From a virus, in the IMG/VR virus record IMGVR_UViG_3300012065_000001, positions 1 to 55,160 of that record: DNA of 55,160 nucleotides. The stretch is one strand, 5' to 3'. The position numbers were made by a program, and so were the translations under genes. Below are positions 8,880 through 17,433 of this stretch, in pieces. The notes below the pieces were generated by a model. The model was not told the DNA's origin. It saw only the letters and a list, made by a program, of their open reading frames with translations, and made no database searches. How positions within the stretch are numbered: the stretch's first letter is position 1; the number at the start of each line of letters is the position of its first letter.

Positions 8880-8965
8880 TGGCCGGGTCATTCCCGGATG
8901 AACTGAGCGTTGCGCGCGACACCTCAGAGAGATTGATAAAAATTAAGCGCATAGAAATTAATTTA

Positions 8966-8994
8966 AGGCGATTGCTGAGGCGGTCGCTTTTTTG
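8966..8994 (+). terminator. Intrinsic terminator ending the structured region
   Basis: AGGCGAT/GTCGCTT stem (2 G-U pairs) followed by TTTTTT. Confidence 0.6.
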
Positions 8995-9014
8995 ATGGGA
9001 AAAACAGAGCTCTG

Positions 9015-9686
9015 GTGGTGAGTCCCTTGAAACCATATAAAAATCAAGAAATCATCTTTTCTGCAAACGGAATTCAAAAGCCTGAAAAGCCGGAAAAAGA
9101 GGAAAGACAAAAAATACGATCACGGGGAATAAAAACCAGGGAAACTCAATTCTTCCGACGCTTCAAAAGCGAAACTGAGCTTGAAAATATTATAGATTGG
9201 GATATTGAGCTGGGCTGCGCATATCATGTTATTTCCGGTGGTGACATTGACAGCCTGTCTTTCCTGAAATTCATCCTCCGGCAGCAGCCATTGAAATATT
9301 GCATCTTGTCTACTTGGTGTATGGCGTTGCAGGATATTGAGGAATTAGAACGATATTTAAGCCTTGGACGCATCCAGAAGTTGGATTGCTATGTAGACGA
9401 AATTTTCAAAGGCTCTTATAAAAACGAATGGATTCGATTATGTGAAGTCATGCAGAAATACAATGGCAGAGCAGCGATATTCCGGAATCATTCAAAGATA
9501 TTCGTGGGATTTGGCGATAAATTTGACTTTGCGATTGAAAGCTCTGCCAATATTAATACTAATCCGCGAACGGAAAACACGACAATTACAGCCAATTCTG
9601 AGTTGGCTTATTTTTATAAAGAATTTTTTGACGGGATAGTTAGTTTTGAGAGAAATTTTGATGGATGGAAGCCGATTAAAGTGTAG
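9015..9686 (+). CDS. Hypothetical protein with a single PLD/HKD-like nuclease motif
   Basis: HSKIFVGFGDKFDFAIESSANINT resembles the HxK..(G/E)SxN box of NgoFVII/BfiI-type PLD nucleases. The GTG start is poorly supported. Confidence 0.45.
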   Translation: MVSPLKPYKNQEIIFSANGIQKPEKPEKEERQKIRSRGIKTRETQFFRRFKSETELENIIDWDIELGCAYHVISGGDIDSLSFLKFILRQQPLKYCILSTWCMALQDIEELERYLSLGRIQKLDCYVDEIFKGSYKNEWIRLCEVMQKYNGRAAIFRNHSKIFVGFGDKFDFAIESSANINTNPRTENTTITANSELAYFYKEFFDGIVSFERNFDGWKPIKV

Positions 9687-9694
9687 GTGATGAA

Positions 9695-10300
9695 ATGGCA
9701 AGGTTAACAGATAGACAGGAAAAATTTGTACAGGAGCTTGTCAAATACAAAAGTCAAAGAGAGGCGTATAGAATCGCTTACCCAAAGTGTAAATCATCCG
9801 ACAAAACGGTTGATGAAATGGCAAGCAGATTGTTTAACAGTGCCAAGGTATACGCAAGGTATAATGAGCTTCACGACCGGTTGATAAAAGAAACCGAAGA
9901 TGAATGCATCATGACGGCAAAAGAAGTTTTAAAAGAGCTTGAATATATGGCTAAGGATGATGTTAAAAATTATCTTTCCTTCCGTACTGAAAAGACAGTT
10001 GTTGGCAATGACGGCGATGGTAACCCAATCGCGGCCTATGATACTATCGTTGATCTGAAAAACAGTGATGAAATAGACACCCGGAATATATCCGAAATAT
10101 CGAAAGGCCGGGACGGGCAGTTTAAATTTAAGCTATACGGAAAAGATAAGGCGCTTGAGTTGTTGGGCAAGCATCACGGAATCTTTATCGAAAAGGTTGA
10201 AATCTCCAAGGCGACCAATGAAACCATAGAGGAAATAGAAAAGTATGTGATGGCTAATGACAACGGAACAGAAAAAATACATAGACCTTCTCCTGAATGA
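9695..10300 (+). CDS. terS: Terminase small subunit (Terminase_2 / P27 type)
   Basis: N-terminal LTDRQEKFVQELVKYKSQREAYRIAYPK HTH pattern; immediately upstream of and overlapping TerL. Confidence 0.85.
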   Translation: MARLTDRQEKFVQELVKYKSQREAYRIAYPKCKSSDKTVDEMASRLFNSAKVYARYNELHDRLIKETEDECIMTAKEVLKELEYMAKDDVKNYLSFRTEKTVVGNDGDGNPIAAYDTIVDLKNSDEIDTRNISEISKGRDGQFKFKLYGKDKALELLGKHHGIFIEKVEISKATNETIEEIEKYVMANDNGTEKIHRPSPE

Positions 10301-11516
10301 ACCGGCAAAAATCGGTCATTGGCTGGGATTTACGAAACTTAATGATCTAAATAACGAATGGATAGTATCGTTTCTGAGGGCCAAAGAAGACCAGACCTTG
10401 CAAGCCCACCGAGGCAGCTATAAAACGACCTGCTTGTCAATCGGAATCAGCGAACACATGGTTTTATTCCCAAACAAAAACATCATCTTCCTACGCAAAA
10501 CCGATGATGACGTGACCGAAATCATTAACCAAGTTCAAAAGATACTCGCCGGTGAAGTCTTTGCTTTCCTGACCGAAAAAATATATGGCCGGCCAATCAA
10601 GCTGGCAAGATCTAATTCAAGCGAAATCACAACCAATCTTGTTTCATCTGCCCGCGGCTCAGTCCAGCTTTTAGGACTTGGGACCAAGGGAAGCTTGACC
10701 GGCAAGCATGGCGATCTGATTATAACTGACGATATTGTCAATTTGCGTGATAGGATAAGCCGAGCCGAACGAGACTATACCAAGCAAGTATACCAGGAGT
10801 TGCAAAACATAAAAAATCGCGGCGGCAGGATGATTAACACCGGCACGCCATGGCACCGCGATGACGCATTCTCTTTGATGCCGAATATTAAGCAATATGA
10901 TTGCTATTCTACCGGCCTCATGACGCGGGAGGAAATCGAAGCGCAGCGGGAAGTATTGACACCCTCCTTATTTGCTGCCAACTATGAGTTGAAGCATATT
11001 GCCAGTGAGAACGCGCTGTTTGCCACAAGCCCGAAATTCACAACCGGCGACGAATTGCTATATAACGGCATAGCCCATATTGACGCTGCATATGGCGGCG
11101 AGGACGGCAGCGCCCTCACGTTGCTTAAAAAGACGGATGCAGGCATATATGTACTGGGAAAACTGAGAAAGAATCATATTGATAACTGCCTTGACGAATA
11201 CCTACTTATCAAGAAACGGTATCGCTGCGGCGTGATTGAGGTGGAAAGCAATGCTGACAAGGGCTATCTGAAAAAAGAAATTATTCGCCGCGGTGACATA
11301 GCCCGCGAATACCACGAGAGCATGAACAAGTACATCAAAATTTCAACATATCTCAAGAAATACTGGAAGCAGCTTATTTTTCTTGAAGACACCGATCCGG
11401 AATACATTAACGAGATTATGGACTATACGGAGGACGCGGAACATGACGATTGCCCGGATAGCTTGGCGTCACTGCTTCGAAAAATAGATGGTGGCCCGAT
11501 GATTCGGGGCGCGTAG
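10257..11516 (+). CDS. terL: Terminase large subunit
   Basis: 419 aa. Walker-A-like AHRGSYKTT, Walker B DLIITDDI, nuclease-domain NTGTPWHRDD; positioned between TerS and portal. Confidence 0.85.
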   Translation: MTTEQKKYIDLLLNEPAKIGHWLGFTKLNDLNNEWIVSFLRAKEDQTLQAHRGSYKTTCLSIGISEHMVLFPNKNIIFLRKTDDDVTEIINQVQKILAGEVFAFLTEKIYGRPIKLARSNSSEITTNLVSSARGSVQLLGLGTKGSLTGKHGDLIITDDIVNLRDRISRAERDYTKQVYQELQNIKNRGGRMINTGTPWHRDDAFSLMPNIKQYDCYSTGLMTREEIEAQREVLTPSLFAANYELKHIASENALFATSPKFTTGDELLYNGIAHIDAAYGGEDGSALTLLKKTDAGIYVLGKLRKNHIDNCLDEYLLIKKRYRCGVIEVESNADKGYLKKEIIRRGDIAREYHESMNKYIKISTYLKKYWKQLIFLEDTDPEYINEIMDYTEDAEHDDCPDSLASLLRKIDGGPMIRGA

Positions 11517-11532
11517 TCAGAGGTGATATAAT

Positions 11533-13083
11533 TTGCAAGTATCGGAAATGGACGTTATAAATGCCAAAATCGAATTCATGGGACGCGGACGGTCTATCGT
11601 AGAAATACTCAAGACGATATTGGACGAATGGCGTAATCGCGAAAAAAAACAAATCATTATAGATATGCATGACGCCGACGAATATTATATGTGTCGCAAT
11701 GTCACCGTGTCCCAGAAGCGGCGAGATTTATCTGGGCATGGCGAAAATAATACGCTTTCGAATGTAAAAATTAAGTCTGGTCATGTACGAACAAATGTCG
11801 TGCAAAAGAGTGACTATGCACTTGGTAAGCCGTTCATTGTCAGCGTGGAAAGCCCGATACCAAAGACGGTTGACGAACAGGGTAATCCAATAGAAGACCC
11901 GCAGGCCGCAATTTATTTAGATGAGTGGTCGAAATATCTTTCCCCAGCCCGCAGGAAAACGATCAAGCGCATCGGCAAACATGGTGCAATTAATAAAGGC
12001 ATCGGCTGGGCTTATGTCACCATAGACCAAACTGAAGACCTTTTGTTACAGTATGTGGATTCTAAAGAACTATATCCTGCATGGGCCGATATAGAACATA
12101 CTATGCTTGATGCAATTGTCCGGGATTACAAGGTCATTCAGTATATTAATAATAACCGCGAGGAAATCAACAAAGTTGAGTTTTGGGACAAAGAACTCGT
12201 AGCGCGATTTGAGGATAAGGGCCATGCGGCATTAACTCCCGACCCTGATTACCCTCAGTCCATGGCTCATATGGATCAATCCGGCAAAGGTATCGCGTGG
12301 GGTCGAGTGCCGTTTATCGCCTTCAAAGGCAACGAAGACGAGCTGCCGATACTAAATATTATACGCTCACAGATTGATAGCTATGATAAATTGCAAAGCA
12401 AGTCCACTGATGCACTACTAGACGATATTGACCCAGTATTAGTGCTTGAGGGTTTTTCTCCTGAGTTGGGCGATTTGATTGAACAGCGCCAAATTATGCA
12501 AAATTCACGCATTGTAGCTATTGAGCGGGATGGCAAAGCATATTACGTGCAAGTCAGCCCTGACGTTACGGCAGTGCAGGCAAAGCTTGAAAGTTTAAAA
12601 AAAGATATCAGAGAATTCGGCATGATGGTCATGTCGCAGGACGATGACATGACGAGCAACCCATCGGGTGTGGCGCTCAAATTTCGATATCAAGACCTAG
12701 ACACCTACACAAACGGCCTTGAAACTGAGTTTGAAGTGTTTATGCAGCAACTCAAATACTTCTTCGATATCTGGTTGGAGTTTCGCAAAATAGGAACAGC
12801 CGAACAATGGGCACAGTATAAATTGATTGTCACGCTGGACCGCGATATGATGATTAATGTGTCGGCCGATATCGAAGATACGGTTAAACTTGGGTCCACT
12901 GGCGTATCTCAAGAGACTCTCGACAACTGGAATCCTGCCGTCGAATCGCATGAGGTGGAGCAAGCCCGCCGCGAGAAAGAGCAACAATCAGCCCTATCCG
13001 ACATGAACACAGAGCGCGAACTTGCAAGGCTGAGAGAAGAAAACGAGCGGTTGGCGCGGGAGCGGGAGGGCGAACAAAGTTAA
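11533..13083 (+). CDS. Portal protein (SPP1 gp6-like)
   Basis: 516 aa; follows TerL; N-terminal ..DADEYYMCRNVTVSQKRR.. pattern of SPP1-type portals; acidic/coiled C-terminus. Confidence 0.9.
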   Translation: MQVSEMDVINAKIEFMGRGRSIVEILKTILDEWRNREKKQIIIDMHDADEYYMCRNVTVSQKRRDLSGHGENNTLSNVKIKSGHVRTNVVQKSDYALGKPFIVSVESPIPKTVDEQGNPIEDPQAAIYLDEWSKYLSPARRKTIKRIGKHGAINKGIGWAYVTIDQTEDLLLQYVDSKELYPAWADIEHTMLDAIVRDYKVIQYINNNREEINKVEFWDKELVARFEDKGHAALTPDPDYPQSMAHMDQSGKGIAWGRVPFIAFKGNEDELPILNIIRSQIDSYDKLQSKSTDALLDDIDPVLVLEGFSPELGDLIEQRQIMQNSRIVAIERDGKAYYVQVSPDVTAVQAKLESLKKDIREFGMMVMSQDDDMTSNPSGVALKFRYQDLDTYTNGLETEFEVFMQQLKYFFDIWLEFRKIGTAEQWAQYKLIVTLDRDMMINVSADIEDTVKLGSTGVSQETLDNWNPAVESHEVEQARREKEQQSALSDMNTERELARLREENERLAREREGEQS

Positions 13084-13107
13084 GGCTATACGAAAGGCGG
13101 TCTTGAT

Positions 13108-13350
13108 ATGGCAAAGTATGTATTGCGTGGAACCCTATATAACACTCGAAAAATGAAACGTCTATGCAGTGATATTACCTTTAATTTATATATCGCAAAT
13201 GATGGAACGTTTATAGAAGAAGCAACATTTTGGGGTATTTCTTTGGGCAATGCAAGAATTGTAAACGAATCATATGCTAAATTTCAAACTGGAACATATG
13301 GGAAATGGAGTATTTATCAAAAAATATGGGGATATGTTCCGGAAGATTAA
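13108..13350 (+). CDS. Hypothetical protein (80 aa), inserted between portal and gp7-like gene
   Basis: ORF with SD AAAGGCGG; no recognisable motif. Confidence 0.5.
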   Translation: MAKYVLRGTLYNTRKMKRLCSDITFNLYIANDGTFIEEATFWGISLGNARIVNESYAKFQTGTYGKWSIYQKIWGYVPED

Positions 13351-13431
13351 ATCATATTTTCTTGATGGCTGCACTTATCTTTATCACTCGTCCTCCGGCG
13401 GGATTATGCTTGAAAGGGTGGGGAGAAATGC

Positions 13432-13460
13432 TTGCATATGAGTTTCTCCGATGATATAAT
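13432..13460 (+). promoter_or_regulatory. Sigma-70-type promoter of a moron cassette
   Basis: TTGCAT - 17 nt - TATAAT. Confidence 0.6.
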
Positions 13461-13485
13461 TGGTAAATGAAAGGCGGTATTGATT

Positions 13486-13716
13486 ATGTTTGAAGAAGCA
13501 AGGGCAAAGCTTAAGATAATACTGAATGATGAACCTGAATATGACAGATTAACAAATCTATTCGATTCGGTTCAGAATATTTATGGCAGACAAGCCGAAG
13601 CGGAATATTTAGATACGGTTTCCTCTATAGCACTGACGGGATTTGATACGCGCCAAATAAAAAGCATTGAATCTTTAAGAGGAATTTATTGGGCAGTATG
13701 CAAAATTAAAGCATAA
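13486..13716 (+). CDS. Hypothetical protein (moron ORF)
   Basis: ATG 13486 after GAAAGGCGG (track starts at TTG 13480); flanked by its own promoter and terminator. Confidence 0.55.
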   Translation: MFEEARAKLKIILNDEPEYDRLTNLFDSVQNIYGRQAEAEYLDTVSSIALTGFDTRQIKSIESLRGIYWAVCKIKA

Positions 13717-13740
13717 AAATTATACTAAACTGCTAATCAG

Positions 13741-13767
13741 GCGTTCATCAAAAGATGGGCGCTTTTT
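13741..13767 (+). terminator. Intrinsic terminator
   Basis: GCGTTCATC-AAAA-GATGGGCGC stem-loop plus TTTTT. Confidence 0.8.
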
Positions 13768-13889
13768 AATACCCTGAAAGGTGGTGACGCTCCATTTCAA
13801 TACTTAAAAAATCGAAAGAATCCCAAGAGCGTTACTGGTCGGAGCGTGCCGAGCGTGTCATCCTCGCCGCCGAAAAGACCAGCGAAGAA

Positions 13890-14876
13890 ATGACCGCCAA
13901 CCTCGCAAAAACATATAGGGAAACCCAAAAGGCCATACAGAAAGAAATCGAAAGTTTTTACGGGAAATACGCCCGTGATGTCGGCGTATCCCTCGAAGAT
14001 GCCCGGAGGGCGCTTAACAAAACAGAATTAAAGGCATATTTAGAGCAAACAAAAGAATACTATGCCGCTATTGAGGCCACAAATTATGCCTTCGACCCCG
14101 CCTACCGCCAAAAGCTACACCGGCAGCTATCCCTCAAATCAGCCGTGAGCCGGTTGGAAGCATTGCAAGCGGATGTGCAGTGGAACGTGGAGAAATTGTA
14201 TGCCCAGGAGCAGGATGCGTTTAGGGAGGGCTTGAGCGGTACATATGAGGACGCTTATTACCGGACGGTTTTCAATATCCAACAGGGAGTAGGATTCGGC
14301 TCACCGTTTTCAACGCTGAATGTAGAAGCCATAGAAAAAGCCGTATCACAGAAATGGCTTGGCGCGAATTATTCCGACCGCATTTGGACGGATAAAGACC
14401 GGCTGACTATCGCTATGGGGCAGATTATTCCGCGAGGGATTGCATTAGGGCAGAATCCGCGCATTATCGGCAAAGACATATCCGATCAGTTAGGTGTCCG
14501 GCGGTCTTATGGGGAGCGGTTGGCAAGAACGGAGTTTTCGCAAATAGCAAACGAAGCGTCATTTGATGCCTACAAAGAAGTGGGAATAGAATCATACCAA
14601 TATCTTGCAACCTTAGATCATAGAACTTCTGAAATATGCCAAGACCTTGACAATAAGGTGTTTGCGCTGTCTGAAAAGATGGTGGGGGTCAACTTCCCTC
14701 CGGCGCACCCGAACTGCCGGAGTACGACAATCCCGTTCTTTCCAGAGGATGAAATTGATAGAATGTTTGCAAAATCAGAACGCATAGCCCGCGACCCCAA
14801 AACAGGGAAATCATATCTCGTATCGGCAAGTATGACTTATCGGGAATGGGCGAAAGAAAGAGGGATAAAACCTTGA
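13890..14876 (+). CDS. Head morphogenesis protein (SPP1 gp7 / Mu F family); real N-terminus probably at ATT 13794
   Basis: ..ESFYGKYA.., C-terminal PPAHPNCRSTTIP box. The frame is open back to 13788, and the extension (ESQERYWSERAE) looks like a genuine gp7 N-terminus. Confidence 0.9.
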   Translation: MTANLAKTYRETQKAIQKEIESFYGKYARDVGVSLEDARRALNKTELKAYLEQTKEYYAAIEATNYAFDPAYRQKLHRQLSLKSAVSRLEALQADVQWNVEKLYAQEQDAFREGLSGTYEDAYYRTVFNIQQGVGFGSPFSTLNVEAIEKAVSQKWLGANYSDRIWTDKDRLTIAMGQIIPRGIALGQNPRIIGKDISDQLGVRRSYGERLARTEFSQIANEASFDAYKEVGIESYQYLATLDHRTSEICQDLDNKVFALSEKMVGVNFPPAHPNCRSTTIPFFPEDEIDRMFAKSERIARDPKTGKSYLVSASMTYREWAKERGIKP

Positions 14877-14902
14877 TTTAATGCAAGTATTTATGATATA
14901 GT
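14873..14902 (+). promoter_or_regulatory. Possible promoter with extended -10
   Basis: TTGATT - 18 nt - TGaTATAGT. Confidence 0.4.
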
Positions 14903-14938
14903 TTTAGACAATGAATGCATTGAATAGGAGAGACTTTT

Positions 14939-15064
14939 ATGCTTGATATAAAAATAATCGAAAATACAATAATGGCTCAAGAACAGTATGGGCTTGCTTG
15001 CGGATGGGATACTGTTGTTTTAACAGAGGAACACATAAAAGCGCTATATGAAGGAAGCAGTTAG
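14939..15064 (+). CDS. Small ORF (41 aa), possibly frameshifted (-1 frame continues to 15117)
   Basis: ATG after AGGAGAG. After GAAGGAAG the -1 frame reads KQLAFNDGEYSTFLTMSEPK up to TAA 15115-15117. Confidence 0.4.
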   Translation: MLDIKIIENTIMAQEQYGLACGWDTVVLTEEHIKALYEGSS

Positions 15065-15137
15065 CCTTTAACGATGGGGAATATTCCACATTCCTTACAA
15101 TGTCCGAGCCAAAATAATATTCAAACCAAATAATCAA

Positions 15138-15166
15138 GCGTCTATCTATGGATGGGCGCTTTTCTT
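15138..15166 (+). terminator. Intrinsic terminator (homologous to the one at 13741)
   Basis: GCGTCTATC-TATG-GATGGGCGC plus TTTTCTT; shares its 3' arm GATGGGCGCTTTT with 13754-13766. Confidence 0.8.
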
Positions 15167-15188
15167 ATGCTCTAAAAGGAGTATTGCC

Positions 15189-15584
15189 ATGAGCCGAGAA
15201 GCCGATTTTAGCCAACTGGAAAGGTTCTTTCAGGACTTCAATGACGCTTACAAGGACTTTGACGAATTTCTAAAAAAGTTTCTGCTTGAACAAGCCTTAC
15301 GTGTTCTCGCTAAGACAAAACCGAGAACCCCAGTAGACACCGGCGCATTGCGTGCATCATGGCAAGTTGGAGAGGTCCGTGTCGTTGGGAATGATCTTGA
15401 AGTTGAAATTATAAATTCACAAGAGTATGCCAGTTTCAACGAATATGGCGCTCGTAATGTTGATGGCTCATGGCGCGATGGACGGTTCATGCTTACTATA
15501 TCGATGGATGAGGTAAGAGCCGCGATGCCTGCAAGGTTTAATCAGGCATTCACGCAGTATCTCAGGAGTAAGGGCGTGATCTAA
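15189..15584 (+). CDS. HK97 gp10-family protein (tail-completion/neck type), displaced upstream of scaffold
   Basis: AKTKPRTPVDTGALRASWQV...EYASFNEYG pattern of the HK97 gp10 family. Confidence 0.7.
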   Translation: MSREADFSQLERFFQDFNDAYKDFDEFLKKFLLEQALRVLAKTKPRTPVDTGALRASWQVGEVRVVGNDLEVEIINSQEYASFNEYGARNVDGSWRDGRFMLTISMDEVRAAMPARFNQAFTQYLRSKGVI

Positions 15585-15625
15585 TCTCGCCGCGCGGCGA
15601 TATATATAATTTGTGGGAGGTAATT

Positions 15626-15856
15626 ATGAGAACAGGAGATATTATTTTTTATCGTGATGAAAGGTTTGGATGTCATCGTTTTTGGGAAGTGCTATCAATT
15701 TGTTTGGGCGGGACAGGACAAGAAGGATTGATTGAATTACAGTGCCTAAACTATGAACCTGGTGAGGACACAGACGGCAAAAAACATAACACCACATGGG
15801 TTCCCGAACCACTACTTAGAAATGCATCAGTTTATAGGAAAAATATCATCACCTAA
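15626..15856 (+). CDS. Hypothetical protein (76 aa)
   Basis: ATG 15626 after GGGAGG; followed by a terminator. Confidence 0.55.
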   Translation: MRTGDIIFYRDERFGCHRFWEVLSICLGGTGQEGLIELQCLNYEPGEDTDGKKHNTTWVPEPLLRNASVYRKNIIT

Positions 15857-15869
15857 TTATTTAACCCCG

Positions 15870-15891
15870 CGCCCATCCGGGCGTTTTATTT
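15870..15891 (+). terminator. Intrinsic terminator
   Basis: CGCCC-ATCC-GGGCG plus TTTTATTTT. Confidence 0.7.
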
Positions 15892-15977
15892 TGCCTTTTG
15901 TCGGTAGGCGTAAAAGAACAGACCAAAAGCGGATGCAACCCGCGTAATTAAAGCGTATTTGATTGGAGGATTTATAT

Positions 15978-16580
15978 ATGAAAAGATCATTTTTAACCGG
16001 CCTCGGCCTTGATGACGATATTATCAGCAAAATCATGGACGAGAATGGACGCGACATTGAGCGAGAGAAAGCCGTTGCAAAATCGCTGAAAGAAGACCAC
16101 GACAATCTAAAACTGAAAATGTCGGACATGGAAACAGAACTGAAAACCGCGCTCAATGCGGAATCTTCCGATATCGGCAGTCTGAAAAAATCTGTTGATG
16201 ATTGGAAGGCAAAAGCAGAAGCAGCGCAGGCAGAGATTGAAAAGGCCAAGACGGAAGCGGACGCAAAGATATCCGGCTGGGAGTTTGACAGGGATTTGGA
16301 CACTGCATTGAAAGCCGCAAAAGTCAAAGACCCGAAGATTGTCTTGCCGCTTCTCAACCGTGAAGGGCTAAAGCGCACAGATAAGGGCATTGAGGGCTTG
16401 GACGAACAGTTGAAGCCGTTCACTGAATCACACGGTTATCTGTTTGATATCGAGCAGGTCGCACAGGAAACCGCCGCGCAGCAGCTTCCCGTAGGAGTGT
16501 CAATCTTTCAGCCGGACGGGAGCAAGGGCGCAGGCAGCAAAGAAACAGACCCGTTTTTGGCGGGATTCAACGAAACATAA
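15978..16580 (+). CDS. Scaffolding protein (GP20-like)
   Basis: MKRSFLTGLGLDDDIISKIMDENGRDIEREK N-terminus typical of GP20 scaffolds; highly charged coiled coil; directly precedes the capsid gene. Confidence 0.8.
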   Translation: MKRSFLTGLGLDDDIISKIMDENGRDIEREKAVAKSLKEDHDNLKLKMSDMETELKTALNAESSDIGSLKKSVDDWKAKAEAAQAEIEKAKTEADAKISGWEFDRDLDTALKAAKVKDPKIVLPLLNREGLKRTDKGIEGLDEQLKPFTESHGYLFDIEQVAQETAAQQLPVGVSIFQPDGSKGAGSKETDPFLAGFNET

Positions 16581-16600
16581 TAAAAAAGGAGAAATGATTT

Positions 16601-17422
16601 ATGGCAATTAACTTTGCAGAAAAATACAGTGATCAAGTAGATGAGCGCTTTACAAAAGCCTCCGTTACGCAGAGTGCATTTAATCAGGATTTGGATTTCA
16701 CCGGCGTGAATACCGTAAATGTTTACAGCATTCCCACTGCGCCCATGAATGATTATACTATGGCGGGAGATAACCGTTATGGTACACCTGATGAACTTGG
16801 TGACACAGTACAGACCTTTCCACTGACGCAGGATAGAAGTTTTACATTCACGATTGATCGCCGGAACTACCTTGATACCATGATGGTGAAGGAATCTGGC
16901 CGTGCCCTACGTCGGCAGCTTGACGAGGTTGTGATTCCTGAGGTCGATAAGTACAGGATTTCCATTCTTGCGGCTAATGCGGGGAACACCTCAACCCCGG
17001 CCCCGATTACCGGAGGGAATGCCTATGAAAGCTTTTTGAAGGGCGTGGAAACCCTGCTTGACAACAAGGCTCCCACCGCCGGAACCTTCGGATTTATCTC
17101 CACCGGATTTTATCGCTACATCCGTTTGGACACAGCGTTTATCCAGGCGTCCGACATGGCGCAGGAAATGCTAGTTACCGGACAGGTCGGCATGATCGAG
17201 AATATCCCGATCATTTTCATTCCCCGAAGCTATATGCCCGCCAGTGTTGAGTTTATGCTTACAAACCGTATTGCGGCATGGGCGGCACAGAAAATCGCTG
17301 ATTACAAAATCCATGATAACCCTCCCGGCATTAACGGCTGGCTAATTGAGGGCAGAATCTATCATGACTGCGGAGTGTTCCAGAATAAAGCGCCTGCTAT
17401 ATATGTTCACAAATCCGCGTAG
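16601..17422 (+). CDS. Major capsid protein
   Basis: 273 aa; strong SD AAAGGAGA; N-terminal NFAEKYSDQVDERFTKAS pattern; positioned after the scaffold. Confidence 0.8.
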   Translation: MAINFAEKYSDQVDERFTKASVTQSAFNQDLDFTGVNTVNVYSIPTAPMNDYTMAGDNRYGTPDELGDTVQTFPLTQDRSFTFTIDRRNYLDTMMVKESGRALRRQLDEVVIPEVDKYRISILAANAGNTSTPAPITGGNAYESFLKGVETLLDNKAPTAGTFGFISTGFYRYIRLDTAFIQASDMAQEMLVTGQVGMIENIPIIFIPRSYMPASVEFMLTNRIAAWAAQKIADYKIHDNPPGINGWLIEGRIYHDCGVFQNKAPAIYVHKSA

Positions 17423-17433
17423 GAGGTGAGCGT

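Larger units (their letters stand above)
8396..8994 (+). ncRNA. Candidate ~0.6-kb structured non-coding RNA (class unassigned; ROOL/GOLLD-like size and context)
   Basis: No credible ORF in 8356-9014. Many local helices (8396-8406, 8409-8428, 8468-8489, 8508-8525, 8563-8637, 8883-8897, 8903-8927), a tRNA-like module, and an intrinsic terminator at the 3' end. A possible extended -10 (TGtTACTAT) lies at 8387-8395. Confidence 0.55.

Noticed and set aside
8384-8995. Track ORFs in the structured region (8384..8767 -, 8670..8891 -, 8695..8901 +, 8807..8995 +)
   Set aside because: No SD sequences; P/R/S/G-rich, low-plausibility peptides; mutually overlapping on both strands. They are consistent with GC-rich structured RNA rather than coding sequence.
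15857-16423. 188-aa antisense ORF opposite the scaffold gene; likewise 53107..53709 (-), 6940..7368 (-), 27838..28344 (-) and 31003..31464 (-)
   Set aside because: They are shadow ORFs opposite E/K/A-rich coiled-coil or A/G/S-rich genes. They lack SDs and have S/F/R/L-rich composition, and the sense-strand genes have clear family signatures.
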